Source: Selaginella moellendorffii (lineage: Eukaryota > Plantae > Lycopodiophyta). Taken from it: DNA of 17,007 nucleotides. Positions 1 through 10,300 of this stretch are shown piece after piece (position 1 is the first letter of the stretch; every line of letters begins with the position of its first letter). The stretch lies in the NCBI RefSeq assembly GCF_000143415.4, contig NW_003314521.1, positions 1 to 17,007 of the forward strand. The letters are read 5' to 3'. The notes beneath the pieces were generated by a model. That model did no database searches, was not told where the DNA came from, and saw only the letters and a list, made by a program, of their open reading frames with translations. The translations under genes and the position numbers were made by a program.

Positions 1-1263
1 TGTTTGGGTCTTGTGAAGGTAAGTTGAAAAAGTGATTGTTAGTTGCTTTGCGACTAGTGATTGCTTGTAGACTTTGTCAAAGACTGTTGACGCTTGCTTC
101 ACTCGATGATGATTTAGCAGTGATAGACTTGCTTTACCGGTGGTATTGCAGAGGATTGTGTCATTAGACTTGGTATGTCGGTATGTCCATGTTCCATGTT
201 GGTATGTCGATTCTACCTCTGTTAATATCATTTGGTTGCGTTTAATTCATAGTGTTGGATTTCATTAAGTCTTAGACGTGGTGATTCACTCCTTAAGAAA
301 GTGTTATTTATAACAGAGTTTTGCTAAAGGATTGGTCTCAGATACTGATTAAAGTATCTTTGACCTTGGTTAGCTTGATTGCTAAAGAGCTTTGAGTGGT
401 GATACACTCGTGCTTTCTTCTAGCTTTGTTCTGTTATTGATGGCATTGAAGTGATGCCTTATTGTTGATAATATTGATGTTGAGATTCAAGTGAAATGAA
501 ATATCTTTTTATAAGATTGATATTGAGTTTCATTGGTCTCAATGAAGATAATGTCATTGATTTGGCTATAACTTTGTGTTATTGGCATGTGTACAATTGC
601 TAGTTAGCAACTGTATTGACGTTCAAACGAACTAAGTGGCAAGTTAAGTTAGTGATGTTCTAAATGAGATTATTTAGTAGAGGTTGAGCTTTGGCTTTTC
701 CTTGAAAAGTGATTTAGTCGTGGACTATACTAACTTTACGAGAGGAAGAGTTAGTGATTGCTATTGGAATATTTGAATCTTTATTGAATTTAAGTTGGGA
801 TATATCAATCATTGATGATTCTTCTTGTACTTGTTATGAAGTGAGTTACGTCTTGCTATAGATGGATTTATGGAGGATCATTTAGTGGTCACTTGTTGAG
901 CATAGTTTCATTATGCTTGGTTTTTGGATTGATGCAAATTTGCTCTTCATTAGCTTTGCATTATGAAATTTCGCTTATGGAACTGTTAAAGAGGATATTG
1001 TGGGTTGTACCATGATTTCTCTTTAGCATTGACGTTAGTTCATGCGAGACTCGTGATCATTATTAGGCAAGACTTGGCTATAGACTTCTTCGAACTTGTG
1101 GTTCTTTGAGTTTTATACTTATTATTCCATTTGTTATAAGTTGTTGGGGAAAGGCATTTTGGCTCATTAGTTTCAATGTTGAAGTTGGTTTTTGCATCTA
1201 GCAATCATTAGTGATGATTGACTATCATCTAGGGTAGTTGATTATCCTTATCAAAAGTTTTGC

Positions 1264-1547
1264 NNNNNNNNNNNNNNNNNNNNNNNNNNNNNNNNNNNNN
1301 NNNNNNNNNNNNNNNNNNNNNNNNNNNNNNNNNNNNNNNNNNNNNNNNNNNNNNNNNNNNNNNNNNNNNNNNNNNNNNNNNNNNNNNNNNNNNNNNNNNN
1401 NNNNNNNNNNNNNNNNNNNNNNNNNNNNNNNNNNNNNNNNNNNNNNNNNNNNNNNNNNNNNNNNNNNNNNNNNNNNNNNNNNNNNNNNNNNNNNNNNNNN
1501 NNNNNNNNNNNNNNNNNNNNNNNNNNNNNNNNNNNNNNNNNNNNNNN
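1264..1547. other. Assembly gap (N run)
   Basis: 284 Ns. ORFs crossing it are artefacts. Confidence 1.
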
Positions 1548-2428
1548 ATAGTTGGCAAGAATGAGTGTTTGTTGGCCTGATTAATTCATTCTCTTCTGTT
1601 GATTGTTGCTCGAGTTAGTTTTGATAGTTCTGGATGTTATTTCCTTTGGGTGATACATTCGCAAACATTTTGTTTGTCAGTCAATGATACTTTGTGTTCT
1701 TTGAGTTATCTTTCGTAAGTTGTTTGGCATTCTATCTGCAATCTTTAATAGTTAAACTTTATCATTGCATTTACTTGATGATATACTTGCTATTAAATTT
1801 TGTTTGATGGTGAATCTTATATTTACTAACTATGATGATCTTGGTGGTTCCTCTGCACTATTATATTGGTTTATCGAATGATAACTTACTTGGAATACTT
1901 TTGTGTTCTAATCTAAGATATCCTCACTAATAATTACGACTCTAAAATATCATTGTCTATGACTTTGATATTGTCCATTTATTAATCTTTGAGTTTGGGC
2001 CAGTATAGGCAGACTGGCTTCGGCACTTCGTATGCATGGTGAAATCTCTAGTCATGGGGTAGCTACTGTCGACTGGTCACATAACCCGCCTCTCTGTCGA
2101 TGTTCCTTATTCTATTACAAGGGCGTGACTGTGTAAACAACTCTAACTGCCTGTTTACAGTAGTCTATCTAAACTTTACCAACGGGTTTGGTTTCTTTGC
2201 TCATGAGGGTTGGGGCCTCTGGCTTCTCCCTCTATGTCCTTGCGGACAGGGGTGTATCACACTTTTGCACGCTGGGTGACTCCCAGAACAGTAAGGGTGG
2301 CTGACTCTATTGGTCATTTCCTTGTCGGTGACGGCCGGAAGGTGTCTGAGCTGGTAGCGCATCCGCGTTAGACAAAGAGGTTACCCCTAACTCATTTAAG
2401 TTGGTGCATTTCTCACATAGTGTGAGTA

Positions 2429-2739
2429 NNNNNNNNNNNNNNNNNNNNNNNNNNNNNNNNNNNNNNNNNNNNNNNNNNNNNNNNNNNNNNNNNNNNNNNN
2501 NNNNNNNNNNNNNNNNNNNNNNNNNNNNNNNNNNNNNNNNNNNNNNNNNNNNNNNNNNNNNNNNNNNNNNNNNNNNNNNNNNNNNNNNNNNNNNNNNNNN
2601 NNNNNNNNNNNNNNNNNNNNNNNNNNNNNNNNNNNNNNNNNNNNNNNNNNNNNNNNNNNNNNNNNNNNNNNNNNNNNNNNNNNNNNNNNNNNNNNNNNNN
2701 NNNNNNNNNNNNNNNNNNNNNNNNNNNNNNNNNNNNNNN
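2429..2739. other. Assembly gap (N run)
   Basis: 311 Ns. Confidence 1.
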
Positions 2740-3108
2740 CTTTTTAGTTCTCTTTTGCTCTGTCTTGCACTGGCTTGACAAGAACCCTCGCGTATTGAGA
2801 TTAGTCCCTCAATATCGCTAGATGATAGCTTATCGTGTCTGCTAAACACCCTCGCTATCATGCCCTTTGTGTTAGTCTCATTTCGGTCCCAAATGCTATT
2901 TATGGAAAGTGTCTAGATTAGCTCATTTGGCATATCTACGGAATGTAGAGATCGGCCTGAACACAATGGTGTTCATCCCGTGTCCAAATTCGCAATCTAA
3001 AAACATTTCATATTTAGTAAGTTTCAAGTTTGTCCCAGAGAATAACTCCTGGTACTAAGGGAGGCTTGGGGTGAAAGCCCAAAGTGTGTGTTCCTCAAAA
3101 GGGGGCGC

Positions 3109-3634
3109 TGTGGGGGGTTATAAATGTATAGTAAGGATAGTAGGTAGGTCGGGCATGGCCAACTAACCTGAGGCATAGTCTAGCTCCCGCTTGTGTGCGT
3201 TTCCTTGTTCTGCGTCGGGCTTAGGTCTAAACCCAAGTTCCATTCCATGCTAGTTGGTGGAGTACCCATATCCTCACATTAGGCCACCGGTATGCCGAAA
3301 TAGCACCAGACTTCGTTTGGCTCCGTTTTGCATGCTGGTCCTGGCATTGGGCTGCTGGCTACTCTAGGACTATTCCAAATCGCTTCGGGCTCCTATCCCT
3401 TCGCTCCTTAGGCTTTATGCTCGGGAGTTGCTCCGTGGTTCGGTTCCATCACTCCTTGACTCCATGCTTGGGAGTTTGGCACTGTTCTTTCGTTCAGTGG
3501 CTTGAACCTTGGGTTCCTATGGACACATGGCATAGACACGTGGCATGTGACATGTGGCATTTGTCACGTGGCACAAAGAAGGTTTAGGTTCCACTTCGTG
3601 GTGTTATCCTAGGGTCAAAACCACGTGCGCTACA
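3109..3634 (+). repeat. Putative long terminal repeat (about 526 bp, TG...CA)
   Basis: Begins TGTGGGGG immediately after the PPT and ends GCGCTACA. The ends form an imperfect inverted pair (TGTGG / CTACA). There is a compositional boundary at 3634. Confidence 0.55.
3524..3627. promoter_or_regulatory. Cluster of G-box/ABRE-like motifs inside the putative LTR
   Basis: CACATGGCA (3524), CACGTGGCA (3537), CATGTGGCA (3551) and CACGTGGCA (3565) at 13-14 bp spacing, plus CACGTG at 3622-3627. Confidence 0.5.
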
Positions 3635-3950
3635 TTGATCATTGTTTATTTCTTCATGCATTCACTGTTATCCTAAAATAAATTTTTGTCTTCTTTTGTT
3701 TATGTTTAGAATTGTATAATTCCACACTACTAGAATAATAAAAAAGACACTTAAAAACCAAAAAAAACCTTGCAAAAAGGCAACAAGAAGATATAGATAT
3801 AATAGTATTAGGACTAATTAAAAACTATATGCAAAGCCCAGAAAATAAATTGAATATATAAGAAAAATGTGGGAATTTTTTATAATTTTATAGATAATAG
3901 CAATGACTTACTTTTTAAAAATATAGAAATAAAATTTTATAAGGTCTGTA

Positions 3951-3982
<32 letters not shown>

Positions 3983-3992
3983 TATATATGTG
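3951..3992. repeat. Compound (TG)n/(TA)n microsatellite
   Basis: (TG)11 at 3951-3972 followed by TA/TG runs. Confidence 0.95.
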
Positions 3993-4698
3993 TCCTAGAT
4001 AGATGAGAGTCTAGCCCTAACAATAAAGTGAGTATGAGTGAATGGTATTGAAGCAAAGATAAATAACATGGATTTTGAAGTGAAGACTAGTACATCTGAA
4101 TCAAATATATATAACCTAATGAAGTGAAGTTTAATAGACACATATAATGCATCATATCTCTCTCTTTTTAAATAATTGGAAAAAAGATATTTTTTTAATG
4201 AATAAGCTTTTAGTGGTTATTTTATAAGTGTGTAATGCTTATAAAAGTTGATCAATCTAAGTTAATCAAGGGAGGATATAGTGGTAAGTTCTATTAATGG
4301 TTGTGAGTCTAAATTAATAATAGTTTTGAAGGCTGGCCAGAGGGTAAATATAAAGATAAAATTTATTATTTTTTATAGTAGTATTTAGTGGATTGTAATT
4401 GCCCTCAACGTCCTTTGATTTGGTTTGGAGTTGTGACTCAAGATTTATTTCAACATCTTACAATTGTTAATGAAGTTATAATTGATTATTTAGTTAATAT
4501 TTGGTTTAGTTCATATTTGGTTAATATTTGTATCATGACTTCTATTTTTGTCATGGTTGTTAACCATTATGTTGTATAGGTTAGTCATTCCATGAGAGTT
4601 TTAGGTTCTTACGATTATATGTTCCACCACACTTAACTTCTTCAAGCTTTCCTATCTTCTTATACATATTATTACATATGAGAAAGAGAAATATTATT

Positions 4699-4804
4699 AA
4701 ATAATATTATGGTTATAAAGAATATACACTATTAAACAAGATCATTCATTTCTTAATTTGAAGCAATTGTAATTTCATTTATTTTAACCCAAACTAAACG
4801 ACAG
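4699..4804 (+). repeat. AT-rich dispersed repeat, segment A (inverted match to 15904-16008)
   Basis: Hand alignment to the reverse complement of 15904-16008 gives about 14 mismatches in about 106 bp, e.g. shared CACTATTAAACAAGAT and TTTCATTTAT...CCCAAA.TAAACG.CAG. Confidence 0.9.
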
Positions 4805-4856
4805 TTTAACAAATATGCATCTTTGATCTGCTAAAGAAACTCAAGACTGTGTTGGT

Positions 4857-5186
4857 AATGGTACAAAAAAAAAAAGAATAACCTTAAAACCTGGAGGAAC
4901 CCTAAAATTCTTCCAAGTGAGTAAAGATGAATGGATATTCATGATAACCTTGAACACGAATGGAGGGCTGGATTGATTTATGACTTGGGTGAGAGCGATA
5001 AATCGTCCCATGGGTATTGAAGCCAATGCAGTGGCAAGGATTGAATGAGAGCATTCGTGTGCTGCTGTGTAGGAGAACTCAGGTCGGGAAAATTTTGCTC
5101 TTTTCTTTTATCTTCTCATATGTTCATCTTATAGCTTTTTGTGATAAACGGAAGACAGAACTAGAGTTTCTAGAGCTAGAGTTCCT
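4857..5186 (+). pseudogene. Decayed partial duplicate of the EAF1-like promoter, exon 1, intron 1 and exon 2
   Basis: Colinear with about 7005-7600 (AAGAATAACCTTAAAACC, GGGCTGGATTGATTTATGACTTGGG, ATGGGTATTG, GGAGAACTCAGGTCGGGAAAAT, GTGATAAACGGAAGA...CTAGAGTTTCTAGAG). ATG at 5010, CGA>TGA stop at 5046-5048, several deletions including the intron-1 acceptor. Confidence 0.93.
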
Positions 5187-5622
5187 TGGTAAATGTGACC
5201 GTCACAGATGGTCCAATCCGGTCGGTCACTAAAATGAGTAGGATATCTCAACATTCTTTAACTTACTCATGTTCCACTTCAAGAGTAACTACATTGATTG
5301 AGGCTCGTAATGCCGAAGGGGCAATGAAATATTGGTCGGGGCCAGTGGCATTCACCAGAGTAGACAGCTCAAGGATGTGTTGATTCTTTCCAAGCTTAAG
5401 AGGAATGTGAAGAAGAATGTCCTTGAAAGTATGATCAAGATGTATGCAATGGATAGCATTTTGGACTCTCCTCCTCCCACTCACATCAAGCACACTTCTT
5501 TTCCCTTTTTCTTCCGTGATTTTTAGTTTCTACTTCTCTTTGTTTTAATTGCCTACTGTATTTCTTTTTCCTTTTCTAACTTTTTTCTCTTGGAGGTTAG
5601 CTTGATTCTTTTGGGGTACCAG

Positions 5623-6685
5623 GTGAGATTACCAGAGGCTCGCGAATTGTTTTGAAGGAGATTTGTGGATAAATCGATCATTTCCAGCTCCACGGTGTAT
5701 TTTGCAAGTTTTAAACTGCCAATAGCCTCGTTCTCGATATGGTTCAACTGTGGCAGAGTGACCTGAGGCTGACAGACTTGTTGTTGACATCCCAATTATA
5801 CTTTTGACAAGTCAGGCGTCTACATTCTAACAATTAGGAGTTGCAACATACTTCTGTAAATAATTCTATGGATAGCCAAAGAGCTAAAGCTATACTTGTC
5901 TCACATAGAAATTGGTATATGCCAGTAGAGCGTTATTTCTACTTGATGTAGCCACATGAAACACTCATAATATAGGATGATCAAAAAGAGGTTGAGTTGA
6001 ATCCAAGATTACTGCTGGCTGGTTCGCATTCTTTGGATGTCAAACCTAAGCTACTTGAGATCTAGTAAGCTTCTACAGCAGTTTAAGATCTCGAGAAGTA
6101 TTGTTTGTGTGGCTCTCTGTAGAACCTGGATGAGATTCCAGGCTATATTCTTCACGCGAGGCTTATGGAAAATAGCCCGTGCAATTATCCATTACTTGGT
6201 TACAGCGTAAGCAGTTTCCTTTTATTCAAGTATTAATGTGGAAGTTTTCCGGGTTGCACTTTCTGGAAAGATTGATGCACCCGCCTTGACAATGCAATGC
6301 ATGTCTCGAAAGGTCTAGGGTCTGGGGAAACGGGCACTTCAAAACCTGAACCACGTAGTCACTTCTACTCTTTCCCATGTCTCTGATGCTTCGTTGTTAC
6401 AGGATTCCAGTTTTTCAAACTCTTGGGCCAATGAAATAGTTTCAGAAGAGTCCTTGCTTATGGGCATCTTATCTATGACATTTTCGGACTCCCGCTGCAG
6501 CTGGAAAGATTGTTTCTCTTCAGGTATGTGGCACCGATTACCAAACAGAATGATGGTTTTCTTGCTGACTCTGCAGTTTGTATTCCAAGCACGGCTAGCA
6601 GTTACATGGAAGGCAGAAAAGACGCTTCTGCACGTAAGAAGTCAGGGTTTCTTATAGAGGCGCTGCACCTCTCAATGTCATCAAG
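5623..6685 (+). pseudogene. Fragment of an unidentified multi-exon gene, disrupted by stops
   Basis: Phase-compatible GT-AG introns of host-typical size (6207-6270, 6355-6402, 6524-6576) join ...NLDEIPGYILHARLMENSPCNYPLLGYS / IDAPALTMQCMSRKV*GLGKRALQNLNH / DSSFSNSWANEIVSEESLLMGILSMTFSDSRCSWKDCFSS / VCIPSTASSYMEGRKDASARKKSGFLIEALHLSMSS. Upstream exons are less certain. Family not recognised. Confidence 0.55.
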
Positions 6686-6761
6686 GTGACCTCTCGGGTT
6701 TTTACAATATGCGCATGATTTCTTCTTTGACATAGAAGACGCTCATATATATGCTTATCTG

Positions 6762-6889
6762 ATATATCTTATTTATATTTACATTGTTGTTATTATTACT
6801 AGTGTTCATTGGATTGAAATATTCTTGGATATTCCTGGCATATCTGATTAAAGTTATTTATTAAAATTGTCTAAACCAACATAGATTAG
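6762..6889 (+). repeat. AT-rich dispersed repeat, segment B (inverted match to 15754-15897)
   Basis: Hand alignment to the reverse complement of 15754-15897 gives about 12 mismatches in about 128 bp plus two 8-bp indels, e.g. CATTGGATTGAAATATT.TTGGATATTC and ACCAACATAGATTAG. Confidence 0.92.
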
Positions 6890-7200
6890 TTTTACATTTT
6901 AGTAAATTCTCAAAAATCTGTTCCACCGATTTTACTCAAACGTTCTCAAAACTAGAAGCTCACTCGCGCCATACCGGATGCTGACAGGACATCAAAGTTC
7001 CGTGTGATGGCAAAAAAAAATAAGAATAACCTTAAAACCCGGAGGAGCCCTAAAATTCCTCCAAGTGAGAATGAATGGAGCCCTAGTCGATGCTGGCCTG
7101 CGCGAGAGCTCGGATGGCAGCGCGCGGAGCCACGGATGCAGGCGCCGGCGAGAATGTAAGCGTTGCGTAGCTCTCAAATCTCGTAGCAGAGGTTTTGCGA

Positions 7201-7209
7201 TTAGGGTTT
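7201..7209 (-). promoter_or_regulatory. Telo-box (AAACCCTAA) in the EAF1-like promoter/5'UTR
   Basis: TTAGGGTTT on + strand, about 190 bp upstream of the ATG and just after a GC/CpG-rich stretch (7080-7170). Telo-boxes are common near plant housekeeping-gene start sites. Confidence 0.5.
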
Positions 7210-7391
7210 TAGGTAGCTCGTTGGGAAGAGAATTAAGTTTCGAATCTTTGGTTTTTTAAAAACTTGCTCTTTCGCTTCCTTTGTAGCTTCCGTGGAATGA
7301 CATTTTCACTGTAGGATTGGCGAGTAGAGGCGCGGGGCTGGATTGATTTATGACTTGGGCGAGAGCGAGGAGTCGAGTTAGCGATTTTTCC

Positions 7392-10300
7392 ATGGGTATT
7401 GGAGCCAATGCAGCGGCAAGGATTGAACGAGAGCATTCGTGTGCTGCTGTGGAAAGGCTTGTAGGAGAACTCAGGTCGGGAAAATGTTGCTCTTTTCTTT
7501 TTTGCTTTCGTTTAGTTTTCTCTAGTTCTCATATGTTTGTCTGTCAGGCAAGAGGTAGCTTTTCGTGATAAACGGAAGAAAGAGCTAGAGTTTCTAGAGA
7601 AGGTATGATTGTCTCGGTTTTTTTTTTTTGGTTCTTTCTTTACACGTTAGAGTGTAACAGGGAGGTAATCCGCTTGACTTTGAATACGGCGACTTAGTTT
7701 CTTTGCCATCTACTTTATCGGTAGTTTTAAGGTAACACTGTGTTCTTCTTTTGTGGACTTATCGTCTTTTCACTATTTTTTGTTTAGTGACTCCGAGGCC
7801 AAGGAGAGAAAACTTTTCGTTCTTCAGAATAATATTCATCCCAAGCACGGGATCTTGACAGAGTTGCTGGTGTCAAGACTCCAAAGGAGCGGCGAATTTA
7901 ACGAGCCGATCAAGCAGGTGTTGCGGAGAGGAACTCTGTCGAGTATTGTACGAGTAAAAGAAGAGAAGTCCGGTACACCACCGCCCACAATTGTAGCTGA
8001 CCCAAAAGCTGAGAATGGATCATGCGCGTCATCTCACTCCATAGACGCTAGAGTCTCAAGCGTGGAAGCAACAACAGTATCTAAGAGTCCGTTGCAGGAA
8101 GGTAACACGGAAGAAAAGAATGGCATCGCCAGCCAGGAGGACATTAAAGAAGAAGGAAGCGAACTTGTTGTCACAGAGAAAAAAAACGAAGAAGAAATTC
8201 TTGGCGCTGCAATATCGATCAAGGTATGCATTTCGTCGTGCATTTGATTCGGACTAACTCAATTTACTCGTTGCTAGGCTGTCGCGGACTCTGCTGCTAA
8301 CAAACCTCTGTCGGCTCCTCCAAGACAAAAGTCTCATTGGGATTTTGTGCTGGAGGAGATGGCTTGGATGGCAAATGATTTCATGCAGGCAAGTAAACGT
8401 TCAGGTTTTTGAAAGAATGTATCTCTAACACTTGTTTCAGGAACGACTATGGAAAGCTAGCGCAGCAGCTCATCTTTGTAGAAGCGCATCTCAAGCTTCG
8501 TTTTGGGCCACTCCTGAGGCGTCCACAAAGTCGTCAACTGATATAGTAAGCGAGACTACGTTGATGAGAGGTTCTTATTACACTACTGGGATTTCAGGCA
8601 CTGTCCAAGGACACTCAAAGGCTTCCTTTTGAAAACTATGCCATCAAGTTTTTAGCAAATACGATGGAATCGCCACCTAGTTTGAAGGCTCCATGCACGC
8701 CAGAACTGAAGGAACGAGCTGTGTCCTTAAGCAATTTGCCTTTGCCGGTAATTGGTTTTTCCACTTTTTTTTCAGTATGCTAACACTGCTATGATGTTTG
8801 AAGCTCCATTATATCATACCTCCCGGGGTTGGCGAAGCATACAGAACATACATAGAAGATTCATGGGCATCTGTAAGCCTTTTTCCTGCTTTTCGTGACT
8901 AGAATGAACCTGTTCTCGCAGGCCTATGATTATAATTCACGAAGGCAAAGTTCGCAAGATAGTGATTCCGAACTGGAAGATGATCTTTTGAAACTTGACA
9001 ACGATGTCAGTTATGCGACTGGTCTGAAAAAGAAGAGAAGGCAACAAGACGAGTTCAACTACATTATACCTGCGAAAAAACAACGGACAGTGAGCATTCC
9101 AGGCCGACAACGCTCCGATAAGGTAAGGAATGCTGCTCGTGCTCGATTGCTAATTTCAATTGGCTGCATGGCAGAAATCAAAGAAGTTAAAGTCAAATAA
9201 ATCGACCAAGGTTTGCTTTCTCCTTACCGCGTCTGGACTTTTTCTGATTGTTGTGCTGTTAGGGAACGGATTCTGAGAATGAATGGGTACCAGAAGCATG
9301 CTACTCTGAGAAGGTATTTCTTCCGTCTATTCGCTGTTTTGGCTAATCTGATTGTCCTTTGCAGCAGCCCAAGCGTAAACGGGACCAGTTTTTTGGGAAC
9401 AAATCAACTGGTATGTTCTACGATAGTATAGTGAGACCAAACACTTACGTGCATCTTTACAGATTTATCTGGATTTAAAAGGCCTAAACTTTCAAATCTA
9501 ATCAGCAGAAAAAGCATTTTACGAAAGGTTCAAAGCAGCTTGTGCGAGTTGAATTGCACTAAGTTTCCCCGTTTAGCAGGGAGAATTTTGTTCTAATGGG
9601 ACCGGAAATGGGAGTTCCTGGTCATCGCTTGAGGATCAGGTACTTTTATCTGTTTCAGCATAGCGACTAACTATATTGGCAGGCGATACTTGTGTTGGAG
9701 CACGATTTTGGTGGCAATTGGAAACTACTCAGTGACATTCTCAACAATGGGAGCCATATCAAGGTACGAAAGGGAAAATTGCCGTGAGTTTTTTGTAATA
9801 ATTCTGTGAGTGTTTTACAGGGGCATTTTCGCAGCTCAAAATCTTGCCAAGAGCGGCACATGTTTCTCGAAGAAACAGCTGGTGATCCAAGTGTTTGGGG
9901 AATTCTTAAAGTAGGAGATGTTGCATGTTTTCTTGTCTCTAATTCTTTTCTAGCAGGGATCCGCGATGCTGCTACTGCAAAAGCTGCAGGGACCCCTGGA
10001 ACATGACACCTTGAAGCTGCACTTTGAAGAAATTGTGAAAGCAAAGCAAAGATATGCTTCCGCGCAGCGGGTTAGACACTCCCTTTTACTTACATTGTTT
10101 CCGGAAACTTCAAAAACTGGCTTGTCATTTCCAGGATCAACCGCCTGAAACCGTACAGCCTCACGAATCACATGTGGCCATCATTGCTCAAGCTCAGAGG
10201 AGCAAAGGGCGATTTTTAAGGTGCGACAACCACTCAAATGTAGGCTATACACTGGAGAGCTGACTCTTTCGCTGTGCAGTCCACTAGATTTTCCCGAAGA

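Larger units (their letters stand above)
1..3634 (+). mobile_element. Probable 3' end of a decayed Ty3/gypsy-type LTR retrotransposon (internal 3' region + PPT + LTR); left end outside the window
   Basis: Purine tract AAAAGGGGGCGC (3097-3108) directly precedes TGTGG at 3109. The GC-richer block ends CTACA at 3634, followed by an abrupt switch to AT-rich DNA. 1-1950 shows strong T/G strand skew. No gag/pol motif or second LTR is visible, so lineage and orientation are inferred. Confidence 0.5.

Noticed and set aside
1229-2861. ORFs of 100-184 aa listed in the track
   Set aside because: They consist almost entirely of N-gap translations.
5332-5526. PPR-like fragment (NVLESMIKMYA)
   Set aside because: Short resemblance only, with no repeat array. 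Left unassigned.
5553-5795. Minus-strand ORF with LRR-like LEMIDLSTNLL
   Set aside because: Only one repeat-like motif. Polypyrimidine tracts and splice signals in this region favour the plus strand.
5623-6354. In-frame TAA/TAG stops that could be read as Gln (stop reassignment or U-to-C editing)
   Set aside because: Every stop is one C>T away from CAA/CAG/CGA, so convertibility is not evidence. The neighbouring EAF1 uses the standard code, and methylation-driven decay explains the stops.
4805-6762. Helitron termini for the insert (minus-strand A|TC at 6763-6761)
   Set aside because: The other end reads CTGT rather than CTRR and no subterminal hairpin was found. Not supportable as a Helitron call.
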